Source of the DNA: Candidatus Krumholzibacteriota bacterium | GTDB taxonomy: Bacteria > Krumholzibacteriota > Krumholzibacteriia > JAJRXK01 | Assembly (NCBI GenBank): GCA_963764625.1 | Contig: CAVXTH010000009.1 | Span: 128,001-192,000 of the forward strand | DNA length: 64,000 nt | Direction: 5' to 3' | Shown: positions 29,907 to 40,452 of the stretch, piece by piece | How the letters are laid out: each line of letters opens with the position of its first letter | How positions within the stretch are numbered: the stretch's first letter is position 1 | Translations under genes and position numbers: made by a program | Notes under the pieces: generated by a model | Databases searched by the model: none | The model's input: the letters and a program-made list of their open reading frames with translations, nothing else | What the model was told of the DNA's origin: nothing

Positions 29907-30557
29907 CTAGTCCAGCGGGGTGAGGCCTTCGCGGATGGCGTACTTGGTCAGCTCGGCGACCGAATGGATTTCGAGCTTGTCCATGATCTGCTTGCGGTGG
30001 CTCTCGACCGTCTTGACCGAGAGGTGCAACTCGCCGGCGATTTCCTTGGTCGCTCGTCCTTCGGCCAACAGTTGCAGGACTTCGCGTTCGCGTGGGCTGA
30101 GCAGCGCGAAGGCGCTGCCCTCGTCGACCTCGGCCAGACGGATGTAGTCCTTGATGACTGCCACGCTCACCATCGGGCTGAGATACAGGTGGCCGGCCTG
30201 AACTTCCTTGATCACGTCGATCAGTTCACTGAAGCCCGCTTCCTTGAGCACGTACGCCACCGCTCCAGCCCGCAGGGCTTCGATCACGTAGCGCCGGTCG
30301 TTGTGCATCGAGAGCACGATGATCAGGGTCGACGGATTGGACTCGTGCAAGCGCCGGGCGACCTCGATGCCGTGCAGGCCGGGCATGGCGAGATCCAGAA
30401 TCAGGATGTCCGGACTCAGGCGCGAGACCAGATCGACTGCCTCCAGTCCGTCCTGCGCCTCGCCCACGACCTCGAAGTCCGAACGAGTCTCGAGCAGAGC
30501 CCGCAGGCCATCGCGGAAGATCTGGTGATCGTCGGCCACCACGATTTCCACACTCAC
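29907..30557 (-). CDS. NarL/LuxR family response regulator
   Basis: ADDH, LDLAMP, LSPREREVL, SVKTVESHR. Confidence 0.95.
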   Translation of the reverse strand: MSVEIVVADDHQIFRDGLRALLETRSDFEVVGEAQDGLEAVDLVSRLSPDILILDLAMPGLHGIEVARRLHESNPSTLIIVLSMHNDRRYVIEALRAGAVAYVLKEAGFSELIDVIKEVQAGHLYLSPMVSVAVIKDYIRLAEVDEGSAFALLSPREREVLQLLAEGRATKEIAGELHLSVKTVESHRKQIMDKLEIHSVAELTKYAIREGLTPLD

Positions 30558-31666
30558 AGGCGCGTCTCCTTGGGGAGGGGAGCGACGAGTCGCGCGCGGC
30601 TGCCGCGCTCGGGGGCGCCTTCCAGCTCGAGCCGTCCCCCCAGCTGACGAAGGCGCTCCTCGATGCTGAACAGTCCGAAACGCTGGTCGTCTCTCGCTGC
30701 GAGCGCGGCGACGGGATCGAGCCCTTTGCCGTTGTCTGCCACGGTCAGCTCCAGTTTTCCCTCTTGGCAATCGAGCTCGATGGAGGCCTCATTGGCGCCG
30801 GCGTGCTTCACCACGTTGTGCAAGAGTTCTCGAGCCGAACGGAAGTAGAGGACACGCAGGTCGTCGGGCAGGTCTTTACGGCAGCGATCGCGCACTCTCA
30901 CTCTCAAGCCATGCTTGATCTGCACCTGTTCTCCGAGCCACTCGAGCGCCGGGCCCAAGCCCAACTCGTAGAGCACGGGCGGGCTCAGTTCGAAGGTGAG
31001 ACTCCGCGTGTAGCTGATGGCCTGATCGACGAGTTGCAAGAGTTCGTTCACCGCCGGATCGTGACCACCGAACACCGCATCCCCTTGCAATTGTCTTAGA
31101 CGAGCGCGCACGAAGGCGAGTCCCTGCCCCAGGTGATCGTGGAGGTCGCTGGCGATCTCGCGGCGCTCGCGCGCTTCGGCCAGGCACACTTCACTGGCCA
31201 GGCGGCGCAGGTCGTTGGTTCGGGAAGCGATCTGGCGCTCGAGTTCTTCATTTGCCTGCAGGATGGCAGTGTGGTCCCGGCGATGCTGCCAGAAGCCGCG
31301 CAGCATTTCAGCCAAGGACTGGATGAGATCGCGCTCTTCCTGCAAAAAGGGCCCTTCGTCGGCGAGCGGCCGCTCCTCGTGGTAGGCCACTTCCAGAACG
31401 CCGCCGGACCCGTCCCGCAGCCGGAACTCCTCGCGCTGAATCCATGGCGTCGAAGCGTGACGTGGGGTGGCCCAAGCGTCTTTTTCCAGCCCGACCTGCG
31501 CGGTGGCGATTTCGGGGTACTGCCAGGCCAAAGGAACCAGGGCCACCACCTCGGCCATGACCTCCGGCAGCGGCCGCTCGACGTTCTGGAGCAGCTGAGC
31601 AGTTCGGTGCAGAGCGGTCAGTTCCTTGACCCGCTCGTTGAGCTTGTGGTGCAGAACCTCGTGCAT
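30554..31666 (-). CDS. Cytoplasmic HisKA_3 sensor histidine kinase
   Basis: ERREIASDLHDHLGQ H-box, NVVKHA, DNGKG, FGLFSI; no TM segments. Confidence 0.92.
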   Translation of the reverse strand: MHEVLHHKLNERVKELTALHRTAQLLQNVERPLPEVMAEVVALVPLAWQYPEIATAQVGLEKDAWATPRHASTPWIQREEFRLRDGSGGVLEVAYHEERPLADEGPFLQEERDLIQSLAEMLRGFWQHRRDHTAILQANEELERQIASRTNDLRRLASEVCLAEARERREIASDLHDHLGQGLAFVRARLRQLQGDAVFGGHDPAVNELLQLVDQAISYTRSLTFELSPPVLYELGLGPALEWLGEQVQIKHGLRVRVRDRCRKDLPDDLRVLYFRSARELLHNVVKHAGANEASIELDCQEGKLELTVADNGKGLDPVAALAARDDQRFGLFSIEERLRQLGGRLELEGAPERGSRARLVAPLPKETRL

Positions 31667-31709
31667 GCCCGCAATCCTAGTCCGCCCAGGGCCACCGGAC
31701 AACCGCGGT

Positions 31710-31755
31710 CAGGGAATCCCTGGTCCCCTCTGGGGGAATCCCCGAGGGAAATTCA
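31710..31755. promoter_or_regulatory. Tandem palindromic operator sites
   Basis: caggga-a-tccctg (31710-31722) and gggga-a-tcccc (31733-31743), centres 22 bp apart. Confidence 0.55.
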
Positions 31756-31868
31756 GGATCGGCCGGGTTGTTCTCCCCTAGCCCGAAACGGACCATGGAG
31801 CTAGCGCGCTTCCCGCTTCGGGGGCGCCTTTGCTCCATTTTGAGGCCCGTGAGGGGGAGGTTCAGGAC

Positions 31869-33071
31869 ATGATCGATACCGGCAATACCGGCTTCATGCT
31901 ACTCGCCACCAGTCTGGTCATGTTGATGACGCCAGGCCTGGCATTCTTCTACGGAGGACTGGTCGGACGCCGCAACGTCCTGTCGATCATGATCCAGAGC
32001 TTCGTGTCGATGGGGATCACGACCATCCTCTGGTACGCGGTCGGGTTCTCGCTCTGCTTCAGCGGGCATGGCCCCATCGTCGGCAACCTCGACATGGCGT
32101 TCTTGCGCGGGGTGGACCCCACCAGCGTGTTCGCGGGCAGTCAGATTCCGCTGATCGTCTTCATCGCCTACCAGATGATGTTCGCGATCATCACGCCGGC
32201 CCTGATCACCGGCGCCTTCAGCAATCGGGTGCGCTTTCCCGCCTATCTGGTCTTCCTGGTTCTCTGGCTTCTGCTCGTCTACTTCCCCTTCGTCCACATG
32301 GTCTGGGGCGGCGGTATTCTGCAGCAATGGGGCGTGTTGGACTTCGCCGGTGGCATCGTGGTCCACAACATCGCGGGGATGGCGGCGCTGGCCTCGGTGC
32401 TCTACGTGGGCAAGCGCAAAGTCGCCGAACAGGGACCGCACAGCATCCCGCTGGTGGCCCTTGGCACCGGACTTCTCTGGTTCGGCTGGTACGGTTTCAA
32501 CGCGGGCAGCGAACTCCAGGTAGACGGAATCACCTCTCTCGCCTTCTTGAACACAGACATCGCGGCGAGCTTCGCGGCGATCACCTGGCTCATCATCGAA
32601 TGGAATCGCGCGCACAAGCCGCGCTTCGTGGGGTTGTTGACTGGCGCAGTCGCTGGTCTGGCCACGATCACACCGGCGGCGGCCTATGTGCCGATCTGGG
32701 CCGCGGCCTCGATTGGTGTCGTCGCGGGCATCGTGTGCTACTGGGCGGTGGAGCTGAAGAACAAACTGGGTTGGGACGACGCGCTCGACGTGTGGGGCGT
32801 GCACGGCGTGGGCGGTGCCCTGGGAATCGTCATGCTCGGGGTGTTGGGTGAACTCGCGGTCAACCCCAAGGGGGCGAACGGATTATTGCACGGAGGCAGC
32901 GGCTTCTTCGTCAAGGAAGTGGCGGCAGTCGCGATCTCCTCGCTCTATGCATTCGTCTTCACCTATGTCATGCTCTGGCTCATCAACCGGGTCACCGTGG
33001 TGCGTACCAGCGAGGAGCAGCAAACGACACTCGACGAGTCGTTGCACGGCGAGACGGCCTACCTCACCTAG
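31869..33071 (+). CDS. amt: Ammonium transporter (Amt family)
   Basis: MTPGLAFFYGG, DFAGGIVVH, LWFGWYGFNAGS, DDALDVWGVHG. Confidence 0.96.
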   Translation: MIDTGNTGFMLLATSLVMLMTPGLAFFYGGLVGRRNVLSIMIQSFVSMGITTILWYAVGFSLCFSGHGPIVGNLDMAFLRGVDPTSVFAGSQIPLIVFIAYQMMFAIITPALITGAFSNRVRFPAYLVFLVLWLLLVYFPFVHMVWGGGILQQWGVLDFAGGIVVHNIAGMAALASVLYVGKRKVAEQGPHSIPLVALGTGLLWFGWYGFNAGSELQVDGITSLAFLNTDIAASFAAITWLIIEWNRAHKPRFVGLLTGAVAGLATITPAAAYVPIWAAASIGVVAGIVCYWAVELKNKLGWDDALDVWGVHGVGGALGIVMLGVLGELAVNPKGANGLLHGGSGFFVKEVAAVAISSLYAFVFTYVMLWLINRVTVVRTSEEQQTTLDESLHGETAYLT

Positions 33072-33085
33072 GAAAGGAGGCTCCC

Positions 33086-34105
33086 TTGAGATTCAAGCTC
33101 ACGGTCGCGGCGGCTTTGCTCGCCGCGACCCCGCCCTTGGTGCAAGCGGTCGCGGTGGCCCAGGACGAAGTGGACTTCCACGACACCTCAATCAGCGGAT
33201 TCGTCGACGCGAGCTATTTCGAAAACCTCGCCGATCGCGGCGGCGAGTTTGGTCTCGATCAAGTCGAGATCGACCTCGATCATCAGGCGAGCGAAAAGAC
33301 CCTGTTGCGCGCCGACCTGGAGTGGGTGAAAGATGGCGAGGGTTTCCTGGCTCAAGTCGAACAGGCCTACATGCGCTACACCGCCGGTGCCGATTGGAGC
33401 TTTACTCTCGGCCGCTTCAATGCACCCATCGGTTTCGAGCTGCTCGATCCGAACGAGATGTATCAGTACAGCCACGGTCTGGTTTTCGACTACGCCCTGC
33501 CGACCAACCTCACGGGTATTTTGATCGGAAAGTCGATTGGCGAGAATTTCGAAGTCCTGACGTATGGCGTCAATGGGTGGGATCAGAACGCCGAAACGAA
33601 CCGCCTGAAAACCTACGGTGGACGCGTGGGGTATACGAATGAGAATTCCACCGCTGGTTTCTCCGTCATCAGCGGGAAGGAGGGCGGCGGAGCTGATTCT
33701 GAGTTCAAGCGGACGGTCGTAGATCTCGACTTCGGTGGAACGCCGGAAGGCTGGGTCTATGGAGGCGATCTCAACTTCGGGAGCGTAAAGTTTACCGATG
33801 GCTCGGAGGCGAATTGGCTCGGAGTGCTGGCGATGATCCATCGCGACTTCAAAGACTGGTGGGGTCTGACGCTGCGCTATGACTTCATCGATGATCAGGA
33901 CGAGTGGGTCTTTGGCCCGGCGGAGGGGGAAGCCCAAAAACGCCAGGCGATTACCCTCGCGCCCACCTTCGTGTTGGACGAGGGACTTGGTGTGCTCGTC
34001 GAAGCCAGAGTAGATTTTAGCGATCGCAAGGCCTTCATCGACCGTGAGGGAGAGCCCTCGAAGACGAGCACATCGTTTGCGGTCGAGATGACCTACAGTT
34101 TCTGA
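33086..34105 (+). CDS. Outer-membrane beta-barrel porin (BBP2-like)
   Basis: Signal peptide, ISGFVDASY, EQAY, GRFNAPIGFE, NGWD, C-terminal TYSF. Confidence 0.8.
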   Translation: MRFKLTVAAALLAATPPLVQAVAVAQDEVDFHDTSISGFVDASYFENLADRGGEFGLDQVEIDLDHQASEKTLLRADLEWVKDGEGFLAQVEQAYMRYTAGADWSFTLGRFNAPIGFELLDPNEMYQYSHGLVFDYALPTNLTGILIGKSIGENFEVLTYGVNGWDQNAETNRLKTYGGRVGYTNENSTAGFSVISGKEGGGADSEFKRTVVDLDFGGTPEGWVYGGDLNFGSVKFTDGSEANWLGVLAMIHRDFKDWWGLTLRYDFIDDQDEWVFGPAEGEAQKRQAITLAPTFVLDEGLGVLVEARVDFSDRKAFIDREGEPSKTSTSFAVEMTYSF

Positions 34106-34146
34106 TCGCAATCGGGGCGGAAGGACCGCCCCGGTGAGTTACTCTG

Positions 34147-34944
34147 ATGCCCGAGCTTCCCGAAGTCGAAACCACGGTCCGGCTCTTGCGCCAAGAGCTG
34201 GTGGGACGGCGCTTTGACCGCGTGAGTCTGAAGTGGCCGCGGCAGTGTCCGACCCCCAAGCGCTTGCGCACCGAACTGCCCGGATACGAAGTCACCGCCG
34301 TATCACGGCGCGGCAAGTTCATCGTGATCCACCTGAAGCCGGCCGACCGCACCCTTTTGGTCCATCTGCGCATGAGCGGGCAGTTGGCCTTGTGGCCGGC
34401 TTCCACCCCCAAGGATCGCCACGCGCACACCGTGTTCCGGCTGGATGACGGCCGCGAGTTGCGCTTCTCCGACACCCGCAAGTTCGGCCGGGTCATTTTG
34501 GCGTCTGATCCCGACGAAGTTCTGGGGAAGCTGGGCCCCGAGCCGCTCGAAGAGGAGTTCAATCCGAAGTGGATGCGCGAGCGATTCTACGGGCGCAAGC
34601 GGGCGGTCAAGACGCTACTCTTGGAACAGTCGGTCGTGGCCGGCATGGGAAACATCTACGCCGACGAAAGTCTATTCCGGGCGCGCATCGATCCGCGCCG
34701 TCCGGCCAATAGTCTAAGCTCTCGCGAGGTACGCGCTCTGCACGCGGCGATTCGCGCCGTCTTGGCCGAGGCCATCGAGCACCAGGGCACGAGCTTCGAT
34801 TGGGTCTATTCCGGCGGTGAAATGCAGACCCGATTACGCGTCTACGGGCGGAAGGAACAGCCCTGCCCGAACTGCGCCACGCTCATCGAGCGTGTCGTCG
34901 TGGGCCAGCGGAGCACTCACCTGTGCCCGCGCTGTCAGCGTTAA
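34147..34944 (+). CDS. mutM: Formamidopyrimidine-DNA glycosylase
   Basis: MPELPEVET, HLRMSG, GMGNIYADE, C-terminal C4 zinc finger. Confidence 0.97.
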   Translation: MPELPEVETTVRLLRQELVGRRFDRVSLKWPRQCPTPKRLRTELPGYEVTAVSRRGKFIVIHLKPADRTLLVHLRMSGQLALWPASTPKDRHAHTVFRLDDGRELRFSDTRKFGRVILASDPDEVLGKLGPEPLEEEFNPKWMRERFYGRKRAVKTLLLEQSVVAGMGNIYADESLFRARIDPRRPANSLSSREVRALHAAIRAVLAEAIEHQGTSFDWVYSGGEMQTRLRVYGRKEQPCPNCATLIERVVVGQRSTHLCPRCQR

Positions 34945-36164
34945 GCTACCGACTCTACGTGCGGATGGACGCTTTCGGGGACGTATTGGTGGACGATCCA
35001 CGCGGCCAGGAGCGAGAGCGCGCCTCCGATGAAGAAGGGCAACTGGAAGCTGACGAGAGCCAGGATCCCCGCGATGAGGGGTCCGACGGCGATCCCCAAT
35101 CCGAAGCCCATGGTGATGACGCTCATATGGAGCCCCTCTTTACCGGCGGGGGAGAGGTCGGCCGCCAGGGCGAACGAAGGCGCGGCGATGCCCGCCGAAG
35201 CAATCCCCTGGACCAGACGGAGTCCCGTGAGCTGGAGGGTCGAGCTCACCAGCCCCAAGAGGGCGGTCGATGGCGTCATGAGTATGAGGCCGAAGATGAT
35301 GAGCGGTTTGCGTCCGATGCGGTCGGAGAGATGGCCCAGGGGAATCTGAAACAAGAGCCGGCTCACCATGAGAGCGCTGAAGGCCACACTGAAGGCGAAC
35401 GCGGTCTGCTCGAGCCGCTCGTTGAACTGCACCTCCAGCGTGCTCATCATCGTCAGCATCGTGGCCATGACGAAAGTGGCGGCTCCCAGACTGACGACCC
35501 CACCGGAAAGCGCCCCGCGTTCGAAGAGTCTGAAGGTAATGCGCGACCTTACTGCCCTCACGCCATTCTCATGGGGGATATCGTGCACCCAGAGCTGAAC
35601 CAGGAGCATTCCCAGGAGAATGAACCCGGTTCCGGCCAGAAAGGCCGCGTCGAATCCGTAGCGGACGTGGAGAAATCCCCCGATCAAAGGACCAGCAGCA
35701 AACCCCACGATTCGCATGGTGGAGTAGATCCCCATCGAGCTTCCCCGGGAGCTCTTTTTGGTCGCCGAGGTCATCAGCGCCATGGACGCGGGAATGGTGA
35801 CGGCCACTCCCACCCCCTGGATCGAACGGAGCAAAAGTAGATCCACGAAGCGACCGGCGAAAATGAACAAGAAGGTGCTGAGGGCCATCACTAGCAGTCC
35901 AGCCAGAATGAAGATCTTCCGGCGTTGGAAGCGATCGCTCAGAGAACCCATGAACGGTTGGAGCGCGGAATTCACGATCCCGTACAGCGATATCAGAATT
36001 CCCACTCGCACCGATTCGGGCACGTGAAACCACGGCGCTGGTAGCTCGGCAACGTAGAGAGGGATGACGATGAAGAGCAGGCTATTGCCGATCGCGTCAC
36101 CCAGGCGGGCCACTGAGAGAGCGAGGACGACTCGATTCATCCCGAGCGAGTCCGGTAGTTTCAT
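34941..36164 (-). CDS. MFS transporter
   Basis: About 12 TM segments, GSLSDRFQRR and GHLSDRIGRK motif A. Confidence 0.92.
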   Translation of the reverse strand: MKLPDSLGMNRVVLALSVARLGDAIGNSLLFIVIPLYVAELPAPWFHVPESVRVGILISLYGIVNSALQPFMGSLSDRFQRRKIFILAGLLVMALSTFLFIFAGRFVDLLLLRSIQGVGVAVTIPASMALMTSATKKSSRGSSMGIYSTMRIVGFAAGPLIGGFLHVRYGFDAAFLAGTGFILLGMLLVQLWVHDIPHENGVRAVRSRITFRLFERGALSGGVVSLGAATFVMATMLTMMSTLEVQFNERLEQTAFAFSVAFSALMVSRLLFQIPLGHLSDRIGRKPLIIFGLILMTPSTALLGLVSSTLQLTGLRLVQGIASAGIAAPSFALAADLSPAGKEGLHMSVITMGFGLGIAVGPLIAGILALVSFQLPFFIGGALSLLAAWIVHQYVPESVHPHVESVA

Positions 36165-36189
36165 GCAATCCTCGGCCGCGGATAAACTC

Positions 36190-37649
36190 TCATTCCCGTC
36201 GGGTTCGAAAGGTGATGATGTAGGGCTTGAGCGGAATGCCGTCCTTGCTCTTGAATCCTACGTAGTCTTTCGTGTTCAGAGAAAACGCGTACGGGCGTCG
36301 GGCTCGAGCTGAATGTCCATCGTGAGAACCGTGTGATCCTCGTTCCACTCGTAGTTCGAGGTCGTCTGGTTGCTCGCCCTGCTACCTCTAGTCGGGCGGG
36401 CCAAGTGCGTAGCCTTTTGTCATAGCCCGATCAAAGTGAAGCATCAATTGCTTCGTAGCAGGATCGACATCCCTCAGCGCCGTTCGCTGGCTCGGTATTC
36501 ATGATGAGCGGTCGATGCTCTTCTAGGTAGCGCTCCCGTTCGGCGATGACATCGTCGAGCGTCGGCGCGTACTCGCTGAAAAACTCCGCGACCGGCGGTA
36601 TGTATGCATCGAAAGTCCTGTACTGTTCACGACTTCGCTCGTATGTCCCCAAGCACTCCGAGAGCTGTGGCATCCATAGAAACGAGCGCTTCACTTCGTA
36701 TTCAACCCTCTTCTTGGCGGTGTCTTCGTCGTGGTGTCCGAGAAAGTAACGGATTACCACGGCACGAACGATCGATTCGTCCGTCATGATCTTCCACGTC
36801 GGGTAGGCCATCTTCTCCATCGTCTGAGGAGACGTTATCGAACATCTTGCTGGTAGGGGCCTCGAAGGCCGCACTTTGCGCCTCGACCAAGTCATTCACG
36901 AAGGAATGGCAGAACTCGTGAACGATGACCTCCAGACAATCGGAACCGATCACCGGCATGCCTTCATCATCGACCGTATTGATGCCGATGATGGCATAGA
37001 ATCTCTCCTTTCCCTTCTCGTCGAGGTACTTGGGGCCGTAGCTGGCTGGACCGTTGATCATGGCCGGGATGACGGTGAACGGTTCGGTCGGGGCGGAACC
37101 AAAGTAGGCTTTGATCCACTTGACATCGAGATTGGCGTCGACGAATGCTCTCATGGTTCGAGTCAAGTACTCGTAGAGATCCCGGTGATCGTCGTAGAAC
37201 TTCTTGAATTGGCTCACCTTGACGAAGTCCGCGAGCTGCTGAATGAAGGTGTCCGCACTGGCCGGCGTCCACCTTCCATCTGCGTAGAGCATCAGGGAGT
37301 CGTCATTCAGTGGCCGAATGGGCTTGGGGTTGAAAGCGTCATCGATATGCAGTGCCATCTGCATCACCGCGTCGAAGCTGACGCCTTGGGTCTTGCGCAG
37401 CTCCTGCGACAGAAGGACCACCGGGTGGTTCTCATAGGGTTTGAAGTAGGTGTCGACGTCGTTCACGTAGCGAGCAACCTGGCTTTGGCTGAACTCCACA
37501 TGGCCGCCGAGGAGGTAGACGATCCCCAGGAGCTCGACGCGCGGGTCGACCCTCACCTCGACCTCATGCTGGGGAATGGCCGCCGCCGAAGTGGCCGTAA
37601 AAATCATCGTCGCGAGCGCAAGAAGGCAAATTCCAGATGCTGATCTCAT
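36190..37649 (-). pseudogene. DUF4932-like secreted protein with C-terminal Ig-like domain; multiple frameshifts (decay or assembly error)
   Basis: Signal peptide, VDPRVEL, HEFCHSFVN (HExxH), ESIVRA; fragments continue across frames to ...PYIITFRTRRE*. Confidence 0.65.
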
Positions 37650-37775
37650 CCTCGATTCCTCCTGGTCATGCGTACGGTCGGTCTGAGCAGCGCGAAACGC
37701 GTGCAGATTGCGGCGGGATGCCTCATATTCTAGGGGCAAAGACCAAGTGATGCAACGACCCTCTGGAGGAGAACC

Positions 37776-39632
37776 ATGGACAAGCTCCGCCTCTGTTTGA
37801 CCCTGATGCTTGTGAGCGTGTTCTTGAACGTGGGGGAGCTCGAAGCGGCACCGGTCGAGCCGTCCGAACCTGACTCCGTTGCGGTCGAGCTTCTGGTCAA
37901 GCACTTGAAGTGGCTCGGCGGTCGCGACGCGATCGTGGCTCTGCAGACCCTCAAGTTGCACGGGAGTCTTCGGGCCTCGGGGCTGCGCGGTAGCATCTCG
38001 ACCCTCTTGCGCCGCGACGGCTACTGCCGCACGGACTACGACCTCGGTGTGGTGAAGGGTGCGCAGGCGGTCACTCCCGAAGACACGTGGAAACTGAACG
38101 CGAGCGGCCAGGTGGAAGATCTTGGTCGCGACGAAGCCCAGCAACTTCGGCGCGAGCTGGAACGCGCATTCCTCGAACCTCTCTTCGATGGTTCCCTGCC
38201 GTTTCACCAAATCGCTTCGGAGCAGAAAGACGGTCGTGACTGGGCCGTCCTTCGTTTCGAGTATCCCAACCAAGATAGTTGGGATCTCTTTCTCGATCCC
38301 GAAGATGGGAGCTCGGAATGGTCGCGGTTGACCGTGGACATGAAAACGAGCTGGCTCCATTCCACTGACTACAAAACCGTGGCGGGCGTGCGGATTGCGT
38401 TCCGCAGCGAGAAGACCAGCACCGATCCCGGCGATTCCACCCTCGTGGAGTGGTCAGATGTGAAGGCGGGGGTCGAACTTCCGTCGTCTTCGTTTGCTCG
38501 CCCACCGGCGCGTAAGATCGCCCGGATCACAAGCGGCGCGGCGTGCACGCCGTGGATGAAAACGGTCTCGAAGGACCGGCGGTCACTTCGATTGCGGGGA
38601 GAAATCAACGGGCGCGCCGCGGACATCCTGCTCGATTCGGGCGCGGGGATCACGGTGGTCTCGCAAGCGTTGGCAAAGGAGCTGAAACTTCAATCCCAGG
38701 GTTCTCTCACGGCCGAAGGCGCATCCGCAAGCTCGGAGGCAGCGCTGGTGGGAGGCATCACGCTTCGGATTGGTGAACTCGAACTCGAGGGAATCACCGC
38801 GGCCACGATCGATCTCTCGGCGATCAACCGGCAACTTCCGCGACCGCTGGAAGTGATTTTGGGCAAGGAGCTCTTCCACGCCATGCTCGTCGACGTGGAT
38901 TATCCCCTTTCGCAGGTGAGGTTTTGTGACCCTTCACGCTTCGAGTACACCGGGTCCGGGCGCAAAGTGCCGATCATTCCCGCACAAGACGGCCACAAGC
39001 TGATCGAAGTCACGATCGAAAATCTGGAGCCGACGCTAGTAGACGTCGACACCGGTAGCAACGCGACCCTGGACATCTTCAGCGCGTACACCGATGAGAA
39101 TGGACTGCTCGAAGATCGGGATCGGGTTTCGGAATCGATGTCCGCGGGAGTGGGAGGCAGCTCGGTCAACAAGATCAGCTCCCTGCGCAGTCTGACCGTG
39201 GGCGGATATGAGTTGAAGGATGTTCCGGTCGGCTTCTTTGAGGGAGAGAAGGGCTCGTTCCACACCCGGAGGATCGCGGGCAATCTCGGGGCCGGCGTGC
39301 TGACGCGCTTCCGTATCCTCTTCGACTATCCGCACCAGATGCTTTGGCTAGAACCAGGCGCGGAGTGGGATCGACCCTTCGAGCGCAATCGGTCCGGTCT
39401 GCAGATGACTCCCGACGGGAAAGCGATGAGAGTGGTCTTTGTCGCCCCCGGCAGTCCAGCGGCTGCCGCGGGATGGGAGGCGGGCGCCCGCATCGTGGCT
39501 ATCGACGGCAAGAAAGTGAACCCGCGCGATCCGAGTTCCACGGACTGGAGGCATCGTCCCGCCGGAACGCGAGTGCGTTTGGAGACCGACGATGCTAAAC
39601 TCCACGAGCTGGTTCTCGCCGATTACTATTGA
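37776..39632 (+). CDS. Secreted tandem retropepsin-like aspartyl protease with PDZ domain
   Basis: LLDSGA and VDTGS catalytic motifs, GSPAAAAG PDZ. Confidence 0.85.
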   Translation: MDKLRLCLTLMLVSVFLNVGELEAAPVEPSEPDSVAVELLVKHLKWLGGRDAIVALQTLKLHGSLRASGLRGSISTLLRRDGYCRTDYDLGVVKGAQAVTPEDTWKLNASGQVEDLGRDEAQQLRRELERAFLEPLFDGSLPFHQIASEQKDGRDWAVLRFEYPNQDSWDLFLDPEDGSSEWSRLTVDMKTSWLHSTDYKTVAGVRIAFRSEKTSTDPGDSTLVEWSDVKAGVELPSSSFARPPARKIARITSGAACTPWMKTVSKDRRSLRLRGEINGRAADILLDSGAGITVVSQALAKELKLQSQGSLTAEGASASSEAALVGGITLRIGELELEGITAATIDLSAINRQLPRPLEVILGKELFHAMLVDVDYPLSQVRFCDPSRFEYTGSGRKVPIIPAQDGHKLIEVTIENLEPTLVDVDTGSNATLDIFSAYTDENGLLEDRDRVSESMSAGVGGSSVNKISSLRSLTVGGYELKDVPVGFFEGEKGSFHTRRIAGNLGAGVLTRFRILFDYPHQMLWLEPGAEWDRPFERNRSGLQMTPDGKAMRVVFVAPGSPAAAAGWEAGARIVAIDGKKVNPRDPSSTDWRHRPAGTRVRLETDDAKLHELVLADYY

Positions 39633-39677
39633 CGCAAGACTTGGCCGTGAGGTGGCCTGGAAAGTAGAGGAGAATTC

Positions 39678-40448
39678 ATGTCTTCAAGAGCGTTGGGAGC
39701 GGGCCTGCTGCTCGCCTTGGTTGGGTTGATTTCGAGTTCGCCGTCTCTGGCGCAGAACCGCTGGTCCTGGCCCGAGAAGGCCGAGAGCCTGAAGGTCCTT
39801 CCCAAGGATACGAGCAAAGAGCAGTTGCGGGACACCATGCACGGATTCACTCGTGGGCTAGGTGTTCGGTGCAACTACTGCCACGTGGGAGAGGAAGGCC
39901 AGCCCCTTTCCACCTACGATTTCGTCTCGGACAAGAACCCGAACAAGGACCGCGCCCGCGAGATGATGCGGATGATGCACGACATCCATACTCACCTCGA
40001 GAAGATTCAACCCAGCGGCGACCAGCACGTTGCGATCTCCTGCTACACCTGCCATCGAGGACGGCCGCGTCCCATGACCCTGGAGCAGGAGCTCACAGAG
40101 GCGTATCGCGGCAAGGGACTCGACGCGGCTCTGTCGACCTACGACCAGCTCCACACCGATTATTACGGCAGGGGCGCGTACGACTTCGATAGCGAAGAGG
40201 CGCTGAACGTGTTGGGCTACACAGTGCTGGGGAAGGGCGACTACGAGGGAGCCATCAAGGTGTTCACGATGAACGCCGAGAAGTTTCCCAAGTCGGGCAA
40301 CGTGTGGGACAGTCTGGCCGAAGCGTACATGAAATCCGGTGATATGAAGTCGGCCGAGCAATACTACGAAAAGTCCCTGGAACTCGAACCGCGGAATCGC
40401 AATGCCGCGGAGATGCTGAAGAAGATCCGGGGAGGCGGAGGAGACTGA
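39678..40448 (+). CDS. Diheme c cytochrome (PufC-like half) fused to TPR
   Basis: LGVRCNYCH, AREMMRM, CYTCHRG; TPR NVWDSLAEAY. Confidence 0.8.
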   Translation: MSSRALGAGLLLALVGLISSSPSLAQNRWSWPEKAESLKVLPKDTSKEQLRDTMHGFTRGLGVRCNYCHVGEEGQPLSTYDFVSDKNPNKDRAREMMRMMHDIHTHLEKIQPSGDQHVAISCYTCHRGRPRPMTLEQELTEAYRGKGLDAALSTYDQLHTDYYGRGAYDFDSEEALNVLGYTVLGKGDYEGAIKVFTMNAEKFPKSGNVWDSLAEAYMKSGDMKSAEQYYEKSLELEPRNRNAAEMLKKIRGGGGD

Positions 40449-40452
40449 AAGC

